The notes under the pieces were generated by a model, which was not told where the DNA came from, ran no database searches, and saw only the letters and a program-made list of their open reading frames with translations. From contig CBDCTK010000002.1 in assembly GCA_965222225.1 (NCBI GenBank), positions 448,001 through 512,000 of the forward strand: a DNA stretch of 64,000 nucleotides, read 5' to 3'. Below, one piece after another: positions 60,462 through 64,000 of this stretch. The position numbers and the translations under genes were made by a program. Within the stretch, counting starts at the first letter, position 1, and each line of letters starts with the position of its first letter. This DNA comes from Candidatus Poribacteria bacterium (GTDB taxonomy: Bacteria > Poribacteria > WGA-4E > JAJDTR01).

Positions 60462-60611
60462 AATTCGACAGGTTGACTTTAACGGTTACAGTTTCGTCTG
60501 TAGGGATTGATTTATGGGGGAGCTATCGTTCAAACACGGTTTCTCGCGCGAAGATATCACGAATAATGAGCCAACCTATCAAGACGCCATTGACCCTGTG
60601 GTGAAGGACTT

Positions 60612-61295
60612 TTAGCGTTTCTTACGCTGCTTTTTTCGCTCAACTGTTTTGCGAATATAGTCAGCGGCATCCGGGGTTTTACAGCTTGTCTCGCCGTGAT
60701 CGACATCTACTTTGCCTATCTTTTTCGCGGCTGACAATGCCTTTTTCTCTAGCGCCGGGTTGCGAATGCCAATAGCAATCAGCGCCGAGTTCATGGCATC
60801 TCGTACCATGTTTTTCCGCGTATGAATGTCTCGCTCAATAATATCAAGGTAATTCTCGAAGTAAGAATCTGGCAATTCTTTATCGTCCATTGCAAGCAGC
60901 GCCAAGAGGTTCCACCCTGCTCTTCCGATCCACTCATCGTCGGAATCGCTCCACGCCTCCATTTTGGCTTGGAAAAAGGGTGTCTTGCTGACAAAATCCG
61001 AGAACTCGCCTGTCACGGTACGGTCAACCAATTCTGTCGTCCATCTATCCACGAGACTTTCTTCTACAGTGGCGGGATCGGCAATCATGCTCGCCAGAAG
61101 TTGGGCTTCGTGATTTCTTGTTGACCATAACTGCTGCGCCAAGTCATGATTGACCTTGAGTTGCTTCCCCATCTTTCTCAAGTTGGCGAAACTGACGCCG
61201 TAGAGGTTCTCGCACGCCCCATGACGCCTGTAAATCTTCCGATTCTGCGCCGTGCCGAGTGATTCCAGCTCTTGAAGCACCTCCTGCATTGTCAT
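60612..61295 (-). CDS. AlkD-like DNA alkylation repair protein
   Basis: YGVSFANLR, HGETSCKTPDA. Confidence 0.9.
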   Translation of the reverse strand: MTMQEVLQELESLGTAQNRKIYRRHGACENLYGVSFANLRKMGKQLKVNHDLAQQLWSTRNHEAQLLASMIADPATVEESLVDRWTTELVDRTVTGEFSDFVSKTPFFQAKMEAWSDSDDEWIGRAGWNLLALLAMDDKELPDSYFENYLDIIERDIHTRKNMVRDAMNSALIAIGIRNPALEKKALSAAKKIGKVDVDHGETSCKTPDAADYIRKTVERKKQRKKR

Positions 61296-61312
61296 TTCGT
61301 GTTACTCCGTCC

Positions 61313-61729
61313 CTAGTTTTCTGGTTTCCGCGGTACAGGAGGCATATCTAGCTTCGGCCTGAGAGAGAATTCTAGTTCTCCAATGGCGTGACGTAATTGC
61401 CCTTGGTTGGGAACAATGAGCATTTTGTAATCAGTCCCGGAGTCCGGAGTTACGGAAGCAATCTTATAATCAATTCCCGGGTTCGGGGTTACGGCGAGCG
61501 TTTTGAAATCAATGTCGGATTCGGGGAGAAGGACGGTCGGTGGATGGTGAGGTGGAATTGTCGGGCGACCCTGCACTAAGAGTTGCTCAGGCAAGGCTTG
61601 TACCGTAGCCATTAACTCTGGATCGCTCACAAACCCTAATGGCTGCACTTGCTTTGTAGAACTGTTACATCCGAGGGTTAGAATCACTGAAAGGAAAACA
61701 GGAACTGGACACAACAATCTCCAAATCAT
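61313..61729 (-). CDS. putative lipoprotein
   Basis: TLGC lipobox; three (P).(ID/TD)(F/Y)K repeats. Confidence 0.65.
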   Translation of the reverse strand: MIWRLLCPVPVFLSVILTLGCNSSTKQVQPLGFVSDPELMATVQALPEQLLVQGRPTIPPHHPPTVLLPESDIDFKTLAVTPNPGIDYKIASVTPDSGTDYKMLIVPNQGQLRHAIGELEFSLRPKLDMPPVPRKPEN

Positions 61730-61749
61730 CAGATTAGCCCTCCCCTTTC

Positions 61750-61992
61750 TCAATAAATCGTGCACACGCCACCGGCGCAACTGCTGCTTGATTTCTTGGT
61801 GACATCACCTGCAACACTGCTCTCTTCACTAGTTTCAAAATCTGCAAGCACGTCGGGCAGACTCTCGTTTGCCGATTGCGTCAAACCAACCTGAAACTGT
61901 CCGGTAGATGTGTAGGTTGTCACACAACCTGATAAAGTAACCAATACCGCGAGGATTACTAGTGCCCAAGTGGTTAGCCAGTTTGTTCGCAT
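61750..61992 (-). CDS. small lipoprotein with C-terminal CAGGVC
   Basis: GGAGAGG SD, LSGC lipobox. Confidence 0.7.
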   Translation of the reverse strand: MRTNWLTTWALVILAVLVTLSGCVTTYTSTGQFQVGLTQSANESLPDVLADFETSEESSVAGDVTKKSSSSCAGGVCTIY

Positions 61993-62082
61993 AATAGCCT
62001 CTCCAATATACATTAAGCGTGATGAGTGAGAATCAGAACGCCGCATCTCTAGACGTCCTATTAGGAGAAAAGATGAGAATAA

Positions 62083-62619
62083 TCAACTGTCGGGCTTGGT
62101 AGCTCCGAATTGTTCCTCTTGTGCGATTCCGTATACCTCAATCTCCTGGATTTCAGGGCGAGGTTTCCCACGAAGTTGCCCAAAGTCAAGAGCTATAATC
62201 CGTATCGCGTCCGTTACTGCCGACGTGGTAACCGCAACGCGCCTCAGGTGGTTTTTTCGAAATCGCTGTAACTCTTTCCATTCCTGTCCATCTCGGGCTA
62301 ACACCTTGAAGCTGGTCAGGTTTTTGCCGTGCAGGACAATCATGACCACCTTACGTCTTGCGGGCAAACTTACCGTCGTAGGGGCAAACATATCCGCGTA
62401 CGATGAATCCGGGGTCGTGACCGTTCGTTCGCCGGAACCCATGGTTGCTTCAATATAAACGGTGTCACCCGTTCTAGGATTCCCGTCCACCATTTGAGGT
62501 GATGTGCATACCACCCCTGAGATGCGGACATAGTCGCCGCTTGGATTAACCTTACCAACTGCTGCGCATCCCATAAACGCAAAAGCAAGCGTAGTAAGAA
62601 TTGCAACTGATTGAGGCAT
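62083..62619 (-). CDS. putative lipoprotein, discoidin-like fold
   Basis: FMGC; C-terminal PEIQEIEVYG. Confidence 0.7.
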   Translation of the reverse strand: MPQSVAILTTLAFAFMGCAAVGKVNPSGDYVRISGVVCTSPQMVDGNPRTGDTVYIEATMGSGERTVTTPDSSYADMFAPTTVSLPARRKVVMIVLHGKNLTSFKVLARDGQEWKELQRFRKNHLRRVAVTTSAVTDAIRIIALDFGQLRGKPRPEIQEIEVYGIAQEEQFGATKPDS

Positions 62620-62658
62620 TTGCTGGTTGCTCCCTGAGTATGGAATGTAATCCTCTTC

Positions 62659-63828
62659 CTACACCTTAATCTGTTGGAAATCCATTTCATCAAGGTCATT
62701 CGTCCCGATGCCTGCTCGCCATGCCGTACGGATATGATTGGATAAGCGCGTGATTGACGGTAAATCCATTTTCTCGCGCTTTTCTCCGATGGACTGCAGT
62801 AATGCCTGATCTAGTGCTACCGGGTCTCTACTCATCAGCATCCCGCCATATTTCCATTCGCCTTTCGGATTATAAACCGGACCGCCATCAAATGAGGCGA
62901 GTAGTCCATCAATGATATTCAGCGCCACTTTATCTCTGAGAATCTCATGGTCGAAAATCTCCGCAATTGCGGGGTCGCCGTGGAGCGGGCTTGGATGGAA
63001 ACGGCGAGTGTTATCGACGCTGCCGAATGCGAGGTTTTTCAAGCACCCACTCACGCCAGTCATAGCGTGATGCTTCATTACGGGAACATTGATAATAACG
63101 TTTACGTCGCGCGTAACAATCTTGGAATACCGGGATTTCATACTTCCGTTTTCACGCCGGATTACGCTGTCCTTCTTAGTCTCGTAGAAAATCTTGTCGT
63201 CGTAACCAACTTCCGGACTATCCGATGCGTAAACTCGAACACCCTGATCCGTCCGATTTATCTTGTACTCGGCGTTGATGAGGTGTGCCTCGAATCGATC
63301 CCAGATAACAATCTGGTTATTGAGAACACCGGCGCCGTACAACCCCTCAATGATTTTGTCAACGACAATCCGCCGAGTGCTAAACTGTTTTCCAGCAAGT
63401 GGATTGATTTTTATCCCGACGATATCGTCCGGAAGCACGAAGTCTTTCCACGCCTCCTTTGCAGAATCGCGCCCTGCCAGTTTCATAATTGCCCGATCCA
63501 TCATCTCGCCAACAATCTGTTCGTCAAGGGCGTCATCCTTCCAGACGTTGTCGCTTGTGGCCTCGACTACAGGCACCAGCTGCTCCTGTGTTTCGCCATC
63601 CACCGACGCTTGGTCTAGCTGCGCCACTGATTCGGAACTAACTTTGGACCATGCGCCCACAGCGACGCCGGCGCCGATTGCACCTTTCAAGAAGCGCCTG
63701 CGAGTGATGGATTCAATGGGGTCAGAGGGGGAGGTAAGTTCTCTCGAAACCTGCGCGCAATCAGCTAGAATCTGTGTCACAATCGGATCTGATGCTAACT
63801 GATTGAGTGGCTCCTCGGTTTTGGCCAT
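62659..63828 (-). CDS. DUF362 domain protein with twin-arginine motif
   Basis: TRRRFLK; VGIKIN; KHHAMTGVSGCLKNL. Confidence 0.9.
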   Translation of the reverse strand: MAKTEEPLNQLASDPIVTQILADCAQVSRELTSPSDPIESITRRRFLKGAIGAGVAVGAWSKVSSESVAQLDQASVDGETQEQLVPVVEATSDNVWKDDALDEQIVGEMMDRAIMKLAGRDSAKEAWKDFVLPDDIVGIKINPLAGKQFSTRRIVVDKIIEGLYGAGVLNNQIVIWDRFEAHLINAEYKINRTDQGVRVYASDSPEVGYDDKIFYETKKDSVIRRENGSMKSRYSKIVTRDVNVIINVPVMKHHAMTGVSGCLKNLAFGSVDNTRRFHPSPLHGDPAIAEIFDHEILRDKVALNIIDGLLASFDGGPVYNPKGEWKYGGMLMSRDPVALDQALLQSIGEKREKMDLPSITRLSNHIRTAWRAGIGTNDLDEMDFQQIKV

Positions 63829-63843
63829 AAACGCAACCCCTTT

Positions 63844-64000
63844 TTACAGATTCTTCAACGCCTCAACGACCTTGTTTGCTTGTAGACGATCAATCTTGCG
63901 ATTATCAAGGAACTTCCATCGAATAACCCCGGTTTCATCAATAATATAATATTGTGGCCGTGCGATTCGTGGAGTGAACGGGTCCGCCGCATTATAAGTG
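63844..64000 (-). CDS. peroxiredoxin/redoxin family protein, 3' end only
   Basis: IARPQYYIIDETGVIRWKFL...VVEALKNL*. Confidence 0.75.
   Translation of the reverse strand, partial: TYNAADPFTPRIARPQYYIIDETGVIRWKFLDNRKIDRLQANKVVEALKNL

Noticed and set aside
1-64000. tRNA, rRNA or tmRNA genes
   Set aside because: No cloverleaf with T-loop GTTCGA context or rRNA signature recognised by eye; a covariance-model scan would be decisive.

Overview
Bacterial chromosome window of about 50% GC. The content (trypsin-TPR fusions, two PhyH dioxygenases, two DUF362 proteins, a VPS10/BNR hydrolase) suggests a sponge-symbiont lineage such as Ca. Poribacteria; this is inference only. Positions ~2.7-25.7 kb form an accessory island bounded by two ~78%-identical 3' gene remnants. 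The island holds two IS1595-family elements whose ends can be read from the sequence, a Cre-like tyrosine recombinase, two trypsin-TPR paralogs, a dead type ISP R-M fragment, a decayed hicBA pair and several pseudogenes. The rest is metabolic and housekeeping DNA: rpsB-tsf-frr-cdsA-dxr-rseP-udg-priA (lacking pyrH and uppS), transporters and lipoproteins. The main unannotated signals are: (1) a non-palindromic ~35-nt GGGATnnCTATCG... micro-repeat that forms arrays of variably truncated copies and has a filled/empty site pair inside a REP; (2) a 3.2-kb IS1595 cargo with micro-ORFs (including a 29-aa Arg/Val peptide of net charge +13), a promoter-driven ~100-nt structured RNA and two DnaA boxes; (3) a K+ channel gene translationally coupled to a membrane-anchored TAXI binding protein.
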